Shown: positions 9,973-20,402 of the stretch, in pieces
How positions within the stretch are numbered: position 1 is the first letter of the stretch
Layout of the letters: every line of letters starts with the position of its first letter
NCBI GenBank assembly: GCA_934255545.1
Contig: CAKQOE010000003.1
Span: 24,813 to 88,812, forward strand
Direction: 5' to 3'
Source: an uncultured Clostridia bacterium
Lineage (GTDB): Bacteria; Bacillota; Clostridia; Peptostreptococcales; Anaerovoracaceae
DNA length: 64,000 nucleotides
The notes under the pieces: generated by a model
Seen by the model: the letters and a program-made list of their open reading frames with translations, nothing else
What the model was told of the DNA's origin: nothing
The model's database searches: none
Program-made: the position numbers and the translations under genes

Positions 9973-10833
9973 ATGGAGAGAGAGATCAGAGAGAACAAGG
10001 ACAGTAGACAGCTTTATTCCATAGGCCAGGTAAGCAAGCTGTGCAACATATCGCAGAAGACATTGAGATATTATGACAAGATAGGTCTGATAAAGCCGGA
10101 TAAAGTTGATGACAGCAACAACTACAGATACTACAGCCGCGAGACGCTGCTTTTCGTGCCTGTCATAAAATACTACAAGCAGATGGGTTTCAAGCTTGAG
10201 GAGATGCAGGAGCTGCTGGGCAGCTCGTCATACAGCAGGCATATTCGTAAATTCAACGAAAAGATATCTGAGATACAGCAGCAGATGAGTGAGCTGCGCG
10301 TTGCGAGCAGATCTATAAAAGACTGGAGAGACCTTATACTTGAAGCGCAGACAGTGCTTGAAAATAAAGTGACTGAGGTGTCTGTAAGGTATCTGGACAA
10401 CCTGTCGGGATGCTATATGGAGCAGGATTTCAACGGAAATTATCCCGAGACTATCATAAATATCGACTGGACTAATTACCTCGAGCAGATAGACATCTCC
10501 ATAACAGGCGCTGTCATGATGTACTGCGGCGACTTTCGCAGCAAGATGCTCCGCAAGAACGTCCGCATAAAGGTATTTCAGGAGGTAGCGACAGCATCTG
10601 AGGATTATCCGGCGTTTTCTGTAGGAGGCACGATGGTCGCGTCATGCTATCATATAGGAAATTACGGCACTATAAACGACACATATAAAAAGATAATGAA
10701 CTGGGCAGAAACGAACGGTTACGAATGCTCCGAATTTTCGGTTGAACGCTTCGTGACTGATTTCTGGACCACTAAAAATATAGATGAATTCATCACGGAA
10801 GTGATCGTAGGCATCAAGAGAAAGGAAGTTTAG
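9973..10833 (+). CDS. MerR-family transcriptional regulator with C-terminal GyrI-like effector-binding domain (BmrR/TipA architecture)
   Basis: N-terminal MerR HTH (YSIGQVSKLCNISQKTLRYYDKIGLIKP), coiled-coil linker, roughly 150 aa C-terminal domain. Immediately upstream of the pduU/pduV-like pair. Confidence 0.65.
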   Translation: MEREIRENKDSRQLYSIGQVSKLCNISQKTLRYYDKIGLIKPDKVDDSNNYRYYSRETLLFVPVIKYYKQMGFKLEEMQELLGSSSYSRHIRKFNEKISEIQQQMSELRVASRSIKDWRDLILEAQTVLENKVTEVSVRYLDNLSGCYMEQDFNGNYPETIINIDWTNYLEQIDISITGAVMMYCGDFRSKMLRKNVRIKVFQEVATASEDYPAFSVGGTMVASCYHIGNYGTINDTYKKIMNWAETNGYECSEFSVERFVTDFWTTKNIDEFITEVIVGIKRKEV

Positions 10834-10840
10834 ATTAAAA

Positions 10841-11227
10841 ATGGCAGATATAAATGATCTGTTTCCACATGATGAAGACGGAAGGTTAAGGATCATACAG
10901 GAGCACGTTCCGGGCAAGCAGATAACGCTTGCGCATATAATCGGAAGCCCGCGCCCTATAGTTTACAAGAAGCTCGGACTTAATCCGGATATCGATTACG
11001 GTTCGTCAGCGATAGGGATCATCACTGTATCTCCTCCTGAATCAGCAGTAATAGCAAGCGATATATCAGTAAAATCAGGCGACGTTTACCTGGGCTTTGT
11101 AGACCGTTTCAGCGGCTCGCTCATCATAACAGGCAGGCTTTCAGAAGTAGAAACTGCTATAAATGAAATAGTAACGTACTTCAGAGACGACCTCGGATAT
11201 GCGTGCTGCGACGTCACAAGAAGATAA
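10841..11227 (+). CDS. pduU: EutS/PduU-type (permuted) BMC shell protein, satellite copy
   Basis: 128 aa. IIQEHVPGKQITLAHIIGSP...AIGIITVSP...GFVDRFSGSLIITG aligns with the PduU/EutS permuted BMC domain. Confidence 0.7.
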   Translation: MADINDLFPHDEDGRLRIIQEHVPGKQITLAHIIGSPRPIVYKKLGLNPDIDYGSSAIGIITVSPPESAVIASDISVKSGDVYLGFVDRFSGSLIITGRLSEVETAINEIVTYFRDDLGYACCDVTRR

Positions 11228-11241
11228 AGGCGGCAGTATAA

Positions 11242-11718
11242 ATGAGAAAGATCATACTCATCGGCCGCAGCGAGACAGGCAAGACGACGCTGACTCAGGC
11301 GCTCAAGGGTGAAAAGATCCAATACCACAAGACGCAGTACGTAAATAATTTCGATGTTATAATAGACACTCCGGGTGAGTATGCGGAAACTGCCGACCTT
11401 GGCGGAGCACTGGCTATATATTCATATGAAGCCGATGTAGTCGGACTGCTTCTCAGCGCTATAGAGCCTTACTCGCTCTATCCGCCGTGCATATGCGCCA
11501 TGGTAAACCGTGAGGTCATAGGCATAGTCACAAAGATAGACAGATCGGACGCTGTTCCGGAACGTTCAGCCGAATGGCTGAGGCTTGCAGGCTGCGAAAA
11601 GATATTTTACGTCAGCTCATACACAGGCGAGGGTATCCCGGAGCTTCTTGAATATCTCAAGGAAGACGGTGACGTGCTCCCGTGGGAGGAAGCTAAAAGA
11701 GCAGATAATGAGCTTTAG
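11242..11718 (+). CDS. pduV: EutP/PduV-family small GTPase, satellite copy
   Basis: 158 aa. P-loop GRSETGKTTL, DTPGEY. Same family as ORF 19938..20402. Confidence 0.7.
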   Translation: MRKIILIGRSETGKTTLTQALKGEKIQYHKTQYVNNFDVIIDTPGEYAETADLGGALAIYSYEADVVGLLLSAIEPYSLYPPCICAMVNREVIGIVTKIDRSDAVPERSAEWLRLAGCEKIFYVSSYTGEGIPELLEYLKEDGDVLPWEEAKRADNEL

Positions 11719-11865
11719 GAATGTAATGCAGTAAATGCATAAAAGAAAGCGCGCGTCGCCGCGCGAACACGGATGCGCGTGAAGATACTGATTTACAAAG
11801 CACACGGGCTATAGACTGTATACACTTATATCTGTATTACATATAAGCAAAATATTATATTATAC

Positions 11866-11906
11866 GGTAAAGAAAGATTCCCCTTGGGGAATCTTTCTTT
11901 ACTTTG
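11866..11906 (+). terminator. intrinsic terminator after pduU/pduV satellite
   Basis: Perfect 15-bp hairpin aaagaaagattcccc-ttgg-ggaatctttcttt followed by a T-rich stretch. Confidence 0.7.
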
Positions 11907-12037
11907 TATGATAAAAAACTAACAATATCCCATCCAAATTGACTGCACCATATTTTTGTATTGTCAAGCAAAAGTTTGTTTTAAACATGTTTTTTAATTC
12001 AAATAAGCTTGTGATTTCAATGCATTGAGTATATAAC

Positions 12038-12075
12038 GGGAGCACCGCTTATAATGCCGGTGCTCCTGTTTTTTG
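12038..12075 (+). terminator. intrinsic terminator (of a short unannotated transcript)
   Basis: gggagcaccg-cttataatg-ccggtgctcc followed by tgtttttt. Confidence 0.6.
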
Positions 12076-12096
12076 ATATCTGAAAATTTTGAAAAA

Positions 12097-12135
12097 AAAT
12101 ATTGACCTTCCACCTTACTGTATGGAGTATATTCA
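12097..12135 (+). promoter_or_regulatory. candidate sigma-A promoter of the BMC operon
   Basis: TTGACC at 12103, then AT-rich -10-like elements (tatgga/gtatat) 17-19 nt downstream. Followed by a roughly 220 nt leader before the 12354 start. Confidence 0.35.
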
Positions 12136-12353
12136 ACAATAGGGAGAGGAAGTATGGGAATACTGTGCCGACAGGGCTTTTAAAGCTGTTGCAAAAGTAA
12201 CATTATATGGTAATGTTAAACGGCAATCATACATATTATATGTACTTAGTTATGCAGCGGCTGTAAAAACTCTGACGGATGTATTCGGTGTTTCTGTTAT
12301 GAATACTCCCGAAAGTTTATCACAATAATTTATATTTAAAGGAGAAGTTTTTA

Positions 12354-13427
12354 ATGAACAATTCTGCACAGGCTTTAGCCGCTAAACAGGCGCTGGCTAA
12401 AGGATTCAGAAAAAAGGGTATTGCGATCGCAGTCCTGTCAGGTATGCTTTACGGAATCTACACTGCGTTCATGACTCAGGGTATGGCTTCAGGCAAGTGG
12501 GCTGCATGGTACGGCGGAGCAGCATCAGCATTCGCTGTTATCTACACTCTCAGTGCTGTAGGCGCTGCTACAAACGACCTTTTCTCAGCTGTATGGACTC
12601 TTATCTATTCAGCTATCAAGGGTAAGCTTGGTGACTTCGGCAGATCACTCAAGTCTAAGCCGGGTGTGATCCTTATCATATCTGCTATCATCGGTGGTCC
12701 TATCGCTTCAACTTGCTATGTATTAGGTCTCCAGCTCGGCGGATCTATCATCATTCCTATCGCTGCATTAAACGCAGCTATCGGCGCTATCATCGGTAAG
12801 TTCGTATTTAAGCAGCCTCTTACAGGCAAGATGATCCTCGGTATCATCATCTGCTTCGCAGCTGCAGTACTTATCGGAAGCACATCATTCGCTGACGGCG
12901 TAGACCTCAGCGGCGGCGCTGTATTCGGCCTTATCGCTGCATTCTGCGCAGCTCTCGGCTGGGGTATCGAAGGCGCGGTTGCAGGCTTCGGTACATCAAT
13001 GATCGACCCTGAGATCGGTATCACTATCAGACAGGTGACATCAGGCTTATCAAACGCTATAATCCTCGTTCCGCTCCTCTCACTCATAGGCGGTGACGGA
13101 ATCGGTTCTGGTTTCTCATTCGTAGCTCAGGCTCTCTCTGATGGTCCTTCAGCTTGGATGTTCATCATCTCAGGTCTTGCAGCAGCAGCTTCATTCGGCT
13201 TCTGGTACAAGGGCAACAGTATGTGCGGTGCAGCTCTCGGTATGGCTTGCAACGGCATGTACGCTTTCTGGGGTCCACTCTTCTGCTTCCTTATCATCGG
13301 TCTTGGCTTTGGTGTAGACGGTTACGCTATTCCATGGCAGGGCTGGGTAGGCGCAGCTATCATGGTATTCGGTATCTTCGTACTGGCAATTGCTCAGGGT
13401 AAGGCAGCAGCAGAGGAGGCAAAATAA
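12354..13427 (+). CDS. 10-TM DMT-superfamily permease (RhaT/GlcU-like), putative substrate importer of the BMC locus
   Basis: 357 aa, Gly/Ala-rich hydrophobic protein with two 5-TM halves (GIAIAVLSGMLYGIYTAF ... GGAVFGLIAAFCAALGWG). First gene of the BMC gene string. RBS AAAGGAGAAG. Confidence 0.45.
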   Translation: MNNSAQALAAKQALAKGFRKKGIAIAVLSGMLYGIYTAFMTQGMASGKWAAWYGGAASAFAVIYTLSAVGAATNDLFSAVWTLIYSAIKGKLGDFGRSLKSKPGVILIISAIIGGPIASTCYVLGLQLGGSIIIPIAALNAAIGAIIGKFVFKQPLTGKMILGIIICFAAAVLIGSTSFADGVDLSGGAVFGLIAAFCAALGWGIEGAVAGFGTSMIDPEIGITIRQVTSGLSNAIILVPLLSLIGGDGIGSGFSFVAQALSDGPSAWMFIISGLAAAASFGFWYKGNSMCGAALGMACNGMYAFWGPLFCFLIIGLGFGVDGYAIPWQGWVGAAIMVFGIFVLAIAQGKAAAEEAK

Positions 13428-13429
13428 TA

Positions 13430-13696
13430 ATGAAACCATTAAACTTTGCAATTTTAAAATATTTTACAACGGTTAAAGAGGCTTGCGCTGATGACGTTAT
13501 CGAAGCGCTCAAGCCACAGTACGGTAACTTCAAGGCCCTCAAGAAGAAGGCAGTTATCGAAGCTCTTATGACAGCAGAAGCAAATGGCCTTATTGCTGAA
13601 TCAAGATTTGAGCTTAAGAACGACGGCGAGCTTGTAGTTTACTACAACGCTCCAGCTGAATGTGCAGCTACTATCAACAGTTATATAAAGGACTAA
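13430..13696 (+). CDS. small hypothetical protein (possible winged-helix fold)
   Basis: 88 aa ORF tightly coupled (2 nt) to the permease gene. No motif recognised. Confidence 0.35.
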   Translation: MKPLNFAILKYFTTVKEACADDVIEALKPQYGNFKALKKKAVIEALMTAEANGLIAESRFELKNDGELVVYYNAPAECAATINSYIKD

Positions 13697-13800
13697 TGAT
13701 TTAAAGGCGAAAGCCTGTATAGACCCATCCGCGGGGCGGATGCAGCGACTGCGCGCTGATATTCATGCCTCGCGGATATTTCAGAAAGGAGACAGACTTA

Positions 13801-14100
13801 ATGAGATACGAAGCAGATCAGGCACTCGGTATGCTTGAAACTGTAGGTATGGTTCCTGCTCTTGAGGCAGCTGACAAGATGCTCAAGGCTGCAGATGTAG
13901 AACTTATCTCCTACGAAAATGTCGGTTCAACTCTCGTTACTATATTCATAAAGGGAGATGTAGCCGCAGTAAAGGCAGCTATCAGCGCGGGCGCAGAAGC
14001 TGCTGCAGCGATCGGTAAGCTCACAGCTACTGACGTAATTCCACGCCCTATCAGACCAATCGGTGATATCGTTTCTATTTACGATATCGACGAAATGTAA
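13801..14100 (+). CDS. BMC-H shell protein (PduA/EutM-like)
   Basis: Canonical BMC domain (ALGMLETVGMVPALEAADKMLKAADVELI...GDVAAVKAAISAG). Start moved to ATG 13801, which has a good RBS (AGGAGA). The track ORF starts at 13765. Confidence 0.8.
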   Translation: MRYEADQALGMLETVGMVPALEAADKMLKAADVELISYENVGSTLVTIFIKGDVAAVKAAISAGAEAAAAIGKLTATDVIPRPIRPIGDIVSIYDIDEM

Positions 14101-14116
14101 TTAAGGAGGTATCGAA

Positions 14117-14431
14117 ATGGCAAGATCAGAAGCAATAGGCTTAATTGAAACTTTCGGTATCGTTTATGCTATTGAAGCAGCAGATGCTATGTGCAAGGCT
14201 GCAGATGTAGAGCTCATAGGATTCGAAAACACAGCATCAGGATATATTTCAGTCCTGACTGAAGGAGATGTAGGCGCATGCAGAACTGCTGTTGAGGCAG
14301 GCTGCAAGGCTGTACAGGAAATCGGTTCAGAAGTATACAGTTCAGTAGTTATCGCAAGACCTCACGAAGATCTCGCAAAGATCACTGCTCTGTATTCTTT
14401 AGACAAGCTCCTTCCTTACGTAGAAAAATAA
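14117..14431 (+). CDS. BMC-H shell protein
   Basis: AIGLIETFGIVYAIEAADAMCKAADVELIGFEN...GDVGACRTAVEAG. RBS AAGGAGG. Confidence 0.8.
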   Translation: MARSEAIGLIETFGIVYAIEAADAMCKAADVELIGFENTASGYISVLTEGDVGACRTAVEAGCKAVQEIGSEVYSSVVIARPHEDLAKITALYSLDKLLPYVEK

Positions 14432-14455
14432 TGATCCGAGAGGAGAGAGAATCAC

Positions 14456-15850
14456 ATGAACATAAAAACAATGGATAATGATCTGCTCTCCATTCAGGAA
14501 GCAAGGATCCTGGCGGAAAACGCATCAGAGGCGCAGAAGATACTCGCGACATTTCCGCAGGAAAAAATAGATGAGATAGTAGCTCGTATGGCTGAGGCAG
14601 CTTCACTGCATGCAAATGAGCTTGCAGAGCTTTCAGCCGATGAGACCGGATACGGAAACAGTGTTGATAAGGCTATAAAAAACAGATTCGTCACAGAGTA
14701 TCTTCCAAAGAAACTCAAGGACATGAAGTGTGTAGGTCTTATCGATGCTGATCCTGAAAACGGCATCATGGAAATAGGCGTGCCGGTCGGCGTTGTCGTA
14801 AGCATCTGTCCGGCTACAAATCCTGTATCAACTGCGATCTATACATCACTGATAGGTATTAAATCCGGCAATGCTGTTATAGTTTCGCCGCATCCTGCGT
14901 CAGCTAAGAGCGTAGGAAAGGTCATGAATGTGATGATAAGGGCCGCTGAGGGATACGGACTTCCTGAAGGAGCGCTTGCATATCTGCATACGGCTGCTTC
15001 AGCGGGCACAAGAGAGCTTATAAAAAACAGCTGCACTTCCATGATAATAGACACCGGTGTTCCGAAGCTCCTTAAGGACTCGTATTATTCAGGCAAGCCT
15101 GTAATATACGGAGGAAGAGGCAACGGACCTGCTTTTGTTGAAAAAACGGCTGATGTAAAAGCAGCCGCTGAAGCTATCGTAGCCAGCAAATCTTTTGACT
15201 ACGGCGTTGTTTCAGCGTCAGAGCAGTCAGTAGTAGTTGACAGAGACGTCGCAGACGCGATGCGCGATGCAATGAAAGCTGCCGGAGCTTATTTTATGAC
15301 GGATGAAGAAGCTGAAAAGCTCGGATCTGTTCTTTACTTCCCTAATGGGGGAGCAAACAAGGTCCTTATCGGAAGACCTGCTTCAGAGCTGGCTCTTACA
15401 GCGGGATTCAAGGTTCCTTCAGGGACGAGAGTCCTTGTATCGGAGCGCAGATATGTAGCGGCAAACAATCCGTATGAACGCGAACTGCTTTGTCCGGTCC
15501 TTGCATTCTATATAGAAGACGACTGGATGAACGCATGCGAAAAATGTATTGAGCTTCTTCTTACGGATAAGAAGAGTCACACTCTTGTGATACATTCAAA
15601 CGATCCGGAAGTTATCAGTCATTTCGCAATGAAAAAGCCTGTAAGCAGGGTGCTTGTCAATACATCTTCCGTATTTGGAAGCATGGGTGCGACAACAAAC
15701 CTTTTCCCTGCTATGACGCTCGGAAGCGGCGCAGCAGGCAAGGGTATCACATCAGACAATGTTTCTCCGATGAACCTTATCTATAAGCGCAAGGTCGGTT
15801 ATGGTGTAAGGACGCTGGAAAGCCTTGGACTGGGCGTGCCGAAAAAATAA
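14456..15850 (+). CDS. CoA-acylating aldehyde dehydrogenase (PduP/EutE/CutF-like), copy 1
   Basis: 464 aa. ALDH fold with catalytic Cys context (VSICPATNP, catalytic C in GVVSASEQS region). No obvious terminal extension. Confidence 0.75.
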   Translation: MNIKTMDNDLLSIQEARILAENASEAQKILATFPQEKIDEIVARMAEAASLHANELAELSADETGYGNSVDKAIKNRFVTEYLPKKLKDMKCVGLIDADPENGIMEIGVPVGVVVSICPATNPVSTAIYTSLIGIKSGNAVIVSPHPASAKSVGKVMNVMIRAAEGYGLPEGALAYLHTAASAGTRELIKNSCTSMIIDTGVPKLLKDSYYSGKPVIYGGRGNGPAFVEKTADVKAAAEAIVASKSFDYGVVSASEQSVVVDRDVADAMRDAMKAAGAYFMTDEEAEKLGSVLYFPNGGANKVLIGRPASELALTAGFKVPSGTRVLVSERRYVAANNPYERELLCPVLAFYIEDDWMNACEKCIELLLTDKKSHTLVIHSNDPEVISHFAMKKPVSRVLVNTSSVFGSMGATTNLFPAMTLGSGAAGKGITSDNVSPMNLIYKRKVGYGVRTLESLGLGVPKK

Positions 15851-15908
15851 AAAAGTTATGTAATATAATTTTAACTAACAAAATTTAAATTATTTAAGAG
15901 GTGAAATT

Positions 15909-18503
15909 TTGGACATTCGTGAATTTTCAAACCGCATCGCGGAAGCAACAAAAGATATGTCTGAACAGGAACGCGCATCTCTCATGAAGATGTTCGAATC
16001 AGTATCTGATCACGTTTCTGCTGTTAAGCCTGAGGACGTGGCTCACCACGACACTCACGAAGGCAAGATGACATATTATTCATCTATAGCTGCAGCTACT
16101 ACAGAAGTTGACGAAGACGGAGTACCAAAGGGTCCTACAGAAAGACTCGTAAAGCTTAAGGAAAACTTCCTCGAGCAGGTACCTTCTATTACAACATACA
16201 GAGCTCGCGCAGTAACTAAGATCACTAGGGAAAACCCTGGTATGCCTAAGATCCTTCTTAGAGCAAAGTGCTTCAGATACTGCTGCGAAACAGCTCCACT
16301 CGTTATCCAGGACAACGAACTGATCGTTGGTGCTCCAAACGGCGCTCCAAGAGCAGGTGCATTCTCTCCTGATATCGCATGGAAGTGGATGGTAGATGAG
16401 ATCGATACTATCGGTACAAGACCTCAGGACCCATTCTACATTTCAGAAGAAGATAAGAAGATCATGAGAGAAGAGCTCTTCCCATTCTGGGAAGGCAAGT
16501 CAGTTGACGAATACTGTGAAACTCAGTACAGAGAAGCAGGCGTATGGGAACTTTCAGGCGAATCTTTCGTTTCTGACTGCTCATACCACGCAGTAAACGG
16601 CGGCGGCGACTCAAACCCTGGTTATGACGTTATCCTCATGAAGAAGGGTATGATCGACATCCAGAACGAAGCTAAGGAACATCTCGCAAAGCTCGACTAC
16701 GAGAATCCTGAAGACATGGATAAGATCTATTTCTATAAATCAGTAATCGAAACTACAGAGGGTGTTATGGCTTATGCAAGACGTATGTCTGAGTATGCTG
16801 AACAGCTCGCTGCCAAGGAAGCTGATCCTAAGAGAAAGGCTGAGCTCCTCCAGATCGCAAAGGTAAATGCAAAGGTTCCTGCGCACAAGCCTGAAACATT
16901 CTGGGAAGCTATCCAGGCAGTATGGACTATCGAATCACTCCTCCCTGTAGAAGAAAACCAGACAGGTATGTCTATCGGCCGTGTTGACCAGTATATGTAC
17001 CCATTCTACAAGCATGATATCGAATCAGGTCACATGAACAACTTCCAGGCATTCGAGCTCGCAGGCTGCATGCTCATCAAGATGTCTGAAATGATGTGGA
17101 TCACAAGTGAAGGCGGTTCTAAGTTCTTCGCCGGTTATCAGCCATTCGTTAACATGTGCGTAGGCGGTGTTACAAGAGCAGGTCAGGATGCTACAAACGA
17201 ACTTACTTACCTCCTCATGGATGCAGTAAGACACGTAAAGATCTATCAGCCATCACTCGCGTGCCGTATCCACAACAAGTCACCACAGAAATATCTCAAG
17301 AAGATCGTTGACGTTGTACGTTCAGGCATGGGCTTCCCTGCTTGCCACTTCGATGATACTCATATCAAGATGATGCTCGCTAAGGGCGTTTCTATCGAAG
17401 ACGCGAGAGACTACTGCCTCATGGGCTGCGTAGAACCACAGAAGTCAGGAAGACTTTACCAGTGGACTTCTACAGCGTACACTCAGTGGCCTATCTGCAT
17501 CGAGCTCGTTCTCAACCATGGTGTTCCACTGTGGTACGGTAAGCAGGTATGCCCTGACTTCGGCGATATCGAACAGTACAAGACTTATGAAGAATTTGAT
17601 CACGCTGTAAAGGAAATGATCAAGTACGTTACTAAGTGGACTGACGTTGCTACTGTAATTTCACAGAGAGTACACAGAGACCTCGCTCCAAAGCCACTCA
17701 TGTCTATCATGTATGAAGGCTGCATGGAAAAGGGTAAGGACGTATCTGCAGGCGGCGCTATGTACAACTTCGGACCTGGTGTTGTATGGTCTGGTCTTGC
17801 TACTTACGCTGACTCAATGGCAGCTATCAAAAAGCTCGTATTTGACGACAAGAAATATACATTAACTCAGCTCAACGAAGCACTCAAGGCTGACTTCGAG
17901 GGTTATCCTCAGGTTAAGGCTGACTGCCTCGCAGCTCCTAAGTATGGTAACGATGATGACTACGCTGACCTCATCGCAGCTGATATCATCAACTTCACTG
18001 AAATGGAACACAGAAAGTTCAAGACTCTCTACTCTGTACTGAGCCACGGTACACTTTCTATTTCAAACAACACTCCGTTTGGTCAGCTCCTCGGCGCTTC
18101 AGCAAACGGCCGTGATGCATGGACTCCGCTCTCAGACGGTATCTCACCAACTCAGGGTGCTGACTACAAGGGCCCTACAGCTATCATCAAGTCTGTAGCT
18201 AAGCTCTCAAACGACAACATGAACATCGGTATGGTACACAACTTCAAGCTCATGGCTGGTCTCCTTGACACACCTGAAGGCGAGAATGGTATCATCACTC
18301 TGCTGAGAACAGCATGCGCATTCGGAAACGGAGAAATGCAGTTCAACTATATCGACAACAACACTCTGATCGAAGCTCAGAAGCATCCTGAACAGTACAA
18401 GGACCTCGTAGTTCGTGTAGCAGGATACAGCGCATTCTTCACAGAACTCTGCAAGGATGTACAGGATGAGATCATCAGCAGAACTATGTTAAACCATTTC
18501 TAA
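15909..18503 (+). CDS. cutC: choline trimethylamine-lyase (glycyl radical enzyme CutC)
   Basis: 864 aa, TTG start with RBS AGAGGTG. Gly radical motif RVAGYSAFF (Gly839). Cys loop GC507VE509P. Tyr226, Asp234 (GGGD), Phe413, Thr520 and Tyr524 match the published D. alaskensis CutC choline-binding residues at a constant +18 offset. About 60-aa N-terminal extension. Confidence 0.75.
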   Translation: MDIREFSNRIAEATKDMSEQERASLMKMFESVSDHVSAVKPEDVAHHDTHEGKMTYYSSIAAATTEVDEDGVPKGPTERLVKLKENFLEQVPSITTYRARAVTKITRENPGMPKILLRAKCFRYCCETAPLVIQDNELIVGAPNGAPRAGAFSPDIAWKWMVDEIDTIGTRPQDPFYISEEDKKIMREELFPFWEGKSVDEYCETQYREAGVWELSGESFVSDCSYHAVNGGGDSNPGYDVILMKKGMIDIQNEAKEHLAKLDYENPEDMDKIYFYKSVIETTEGVMAYARRMSEYAEQLAAKEADPKRKAELLQIAKVNAKVPAHKPETFWEAIQAVWTIESLLPVEENQTGMSIGRVDQYMYPFYKHDIESGHMNNFQAFELAGCMLIKMSEMMWITSEGGSKFFAGYQPFVNMCVGGVTRAGQDATNELTYLLMDAVRHVKIYQPSLACRIHNKSPQKYLKKIVDVVRSGMGFPACHFDDTHIKMMLAKGVSIEDARDYCLMGCVEPQKSGRLYQWTSTAYTQWPICIELVLNHGVPLWYGKQVCPDFGDIEQYKTYEEFDHAVKEMIKYVTKWTDVATVISQRVHRDLAPKPLMSIMYEGCMEKGKDVSAGGAMYNFGPGVVWSGLATYADSMAAIKKLVFDDKKYTLTQLNEALKADFEGYPQVKADCLAAPKYGNDDDYADLIAADIINFTEMEHRKFKTLYSVLSHGTLSISNNTPFGQLLGASANGRDAWTPLSDGISPTQGADYKGPTAIIKSVAKLSNDNMNIGMVHNFKLMAGLLDTPEGENGIITLLRTACAFGNGEMQFNYIDNNTLIEAQKHPEQYKDLVVRVAGYSAFFTELCKDVQDEIISRTMLNHF

Positions 18504-18592
18504 TTCTAATTAAAAACGCTTAAGAAACTTACGCAGGGCAAGCCTTTGAAAAGCTTCCCTGCAGGCAAGTTTCTCAACTTGAACCGGAGGTT

Positions 18593-19549
18593 TTGATTAT
18601 GAGCAATGTTGAAGGAAGCTCTATCGAGAGAAAAGCGTTCATATTCAACAAGCAGAAATACAATATGTATGATGGCCCCGGTGTCAGAACACTGGTTTTT
18701 TTCAAAGGCTGTCCGCTGAGATGTAAATGGTGCGCAAATCCGGAAGGACTTGAAAGAAAGTACCAGATAATGCTCAGACCGACAAGCTGTGTCGGATGCG
18801 GTGCGTGCGTTCCGGCCTGCCCGCAGGGCCTTCACAGCATATCAGATACCGGAGAGCATCTTATAGACAGGACTAAGGACTGTATAGGATGCGGCGCATG
18901 TGTAGAAGCGTGCAATTATTCGGCGCTGAAAGTAGCCGGTGAATATGCAACGATATCTGAACTTCTTGATTATGTCGAGGAGGACAGAGCATTCTATGAG
19001 CAGTCAGGCGGCGGTGTAACCCTCGGCGGCGGTGAAGTAACTGCACAGCCGAAGGCAGCAGAAAGTCTGCTGATGGCATGTAAACAGAACGGTATCCATA
19101 CCGCGATAGAAACATGCGGTTATACAAAAAAAGAAACTATCCTGAGGATAGCTGAGTACGTAGACCTGTTCCTGTTTGATATAAAAAATATCGATCCGGA
19201 CAGACACTATGATCTCACAGGCGTAAGGAACGAGATCATCCTCGAAAACCTTAAAGCGCTCCTTCAGAATAAGAAAAATGTAAAAATCAGAATGCCTCTG
19301 CTTAAGGGGATAAATGACAGCGAAGAGGAGATCAGAGGTGTTATCGATTTCCTCATGCCATTTAAAAATTATAGAAACTTCCAGGGGATAGATCTCCTGC
19401 CGTATCATAAGCTCGGCGTAAACAAATACGTTCAGCTTGGCATGGACTATCCTGTAGAGGGAGATCCTTCACTGACAGATGATGATCTGGACAGAATAGA
19501 AGGCTGGATCAGCGAGTATGACTTTCCTGTTAAAGTCATCAAGCATTAA
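18593..19549 (+). CDS. cutD: glycyl-radical enzyme activating enzyme (CutD)
   Basis: 318 aa radical SAM protein. [12 protein letters not shown] plus two ferredoxin-like clusters ([23 protein letters not shown]). Confidence 0.8.
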   Translation: MIMSNVEGSSIERKAFIFNKQKYNMYDGPGVRTLVFFKGCPLRCKWCANPEGLERKYQIMLRPTSCVGCGACVPACPQGLHSISDTGEHLIDRTKDCIGCGACVEACNYSALKVAGEYATISELLDYVEEDRAFYEQSGGGVTLGGGEVTAQPKAAESLLMACKQNGIHTAIETCGYTKKETILRIAEYVDLFLFDIKNIDPDRHYDLTGVRNEIILENLKALLQNKKNVKIRMPLLKGINDSEEEIRGVIDFLMPFKNYRNFQGIDLLPYHKLGVNKYVQLGMDYPVEGDPSLTDDDLDRIEGWISEYDFPVKVIKH

Positions 19550-19569
19550 CAGGAAGGGGTGCGGAAAAT

Positions 19570-19923
19570 ATGGGCGAATTGCACGAAAAAGTCACAGACC
19601 GCATCATACAGGAATCGGTACCTGGAAAACAGGTAACTATAGCTCACGTTATAGCCTCACCTACGCATGATATATATGAAAGGCTGGGGATCGATGATAA
19701 GGGCGCTATCGGCATACTTACGATATCACCTTATGAAGTAGCGATAATAGCCGCAGATATTGCTACAAAAGCCGCTGATGTAGAGATAGGCTTCCTTGAC
19801 AGATTCACAGGATCCGTTGTAATATCAGGCGATGTACAGAGTGTTGAAACGGCGCTTCACGAAGTTACCGAAAAGCTCTGCAACCTGCTTGATTTCACTA
19901 CGGTACCGGTAACAAGGACCTGA
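19570..19923 (+). CDS. pduU: EutS/PduU-type BMC shell protein
   Basis: 117 aa. [21 protein letters not shown]...AIGILTISP...[14 protein letters not shown], close to the PduU consensus. Confidence 0.8.
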   Translation: MGELHEKVTDRIIQESVPGKQVTIAHVIASPTHDIYERLGIDDKGAIGILTISPYEVAIIAADIATKAADVEIGFLDRFTGSVVISGDVQSVETALHEVTEKLCNLLDFTTVPVTRT

Positions 19924-19937
19924 GAAGGAAGCGCATA

Positions 19938-20402
19938 ATGATCGTTGGCCCGAGAAACTGCGGTAAAACTTCTCTGGCTAACAGACTTAACAGATACACC
20001 GGTCCGCTGAGGAAAACTCAGGACACGATCTATGGAAAGTACACTATAGATGTTCCAAGCGCATTTCTTGAAAATACAGATATGTACAAGCATCTCATAG
20101 CACTTTCACAGGATGCCTGGTGCGCCCTTATAATGGTAAACCAGGAAAGGATAGAACATGTTTATTCTCACGCGTTCGCCAACGCGCTGCTGTGCCCGTC
20201 TTTCGGAGTTATCGGAAAGTCGGACCTGGCACCTGAAAACGAAGCAGTATGCGTTAAGCAGCTGCAGACGGCGGGAGCGCGCGAACCGTATTTCAGAGTA
20301 AACCTGTTAGCTGAAAACGGAACGGATGAACTAGAAGGATTCCTCCGGGAATTCTACAATGAAAGGAACAGGGGCTTAGATGAGATTCATAACAGAAAAT
20401 GA
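19938..20402 (+). CDS. pduV: EutP/PduV-family GTPase
   Basis: 154 aa. P-loop GPRNCGKTSL. Confidence 0.7.
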   Translation: MIVGPRNCGKTSLANRLNRYTGPLRKTQDTIYGKYTIDVPSAFLENTDMYKHLIALSQDAWCALIMVNQERIEHVYSHAFANALLCPSFGVIGKSDLAPENEAVCVKQLQTAGAREPYFRVNLLAENGTDELEGFLREFYNERNRGLDEIHNRK

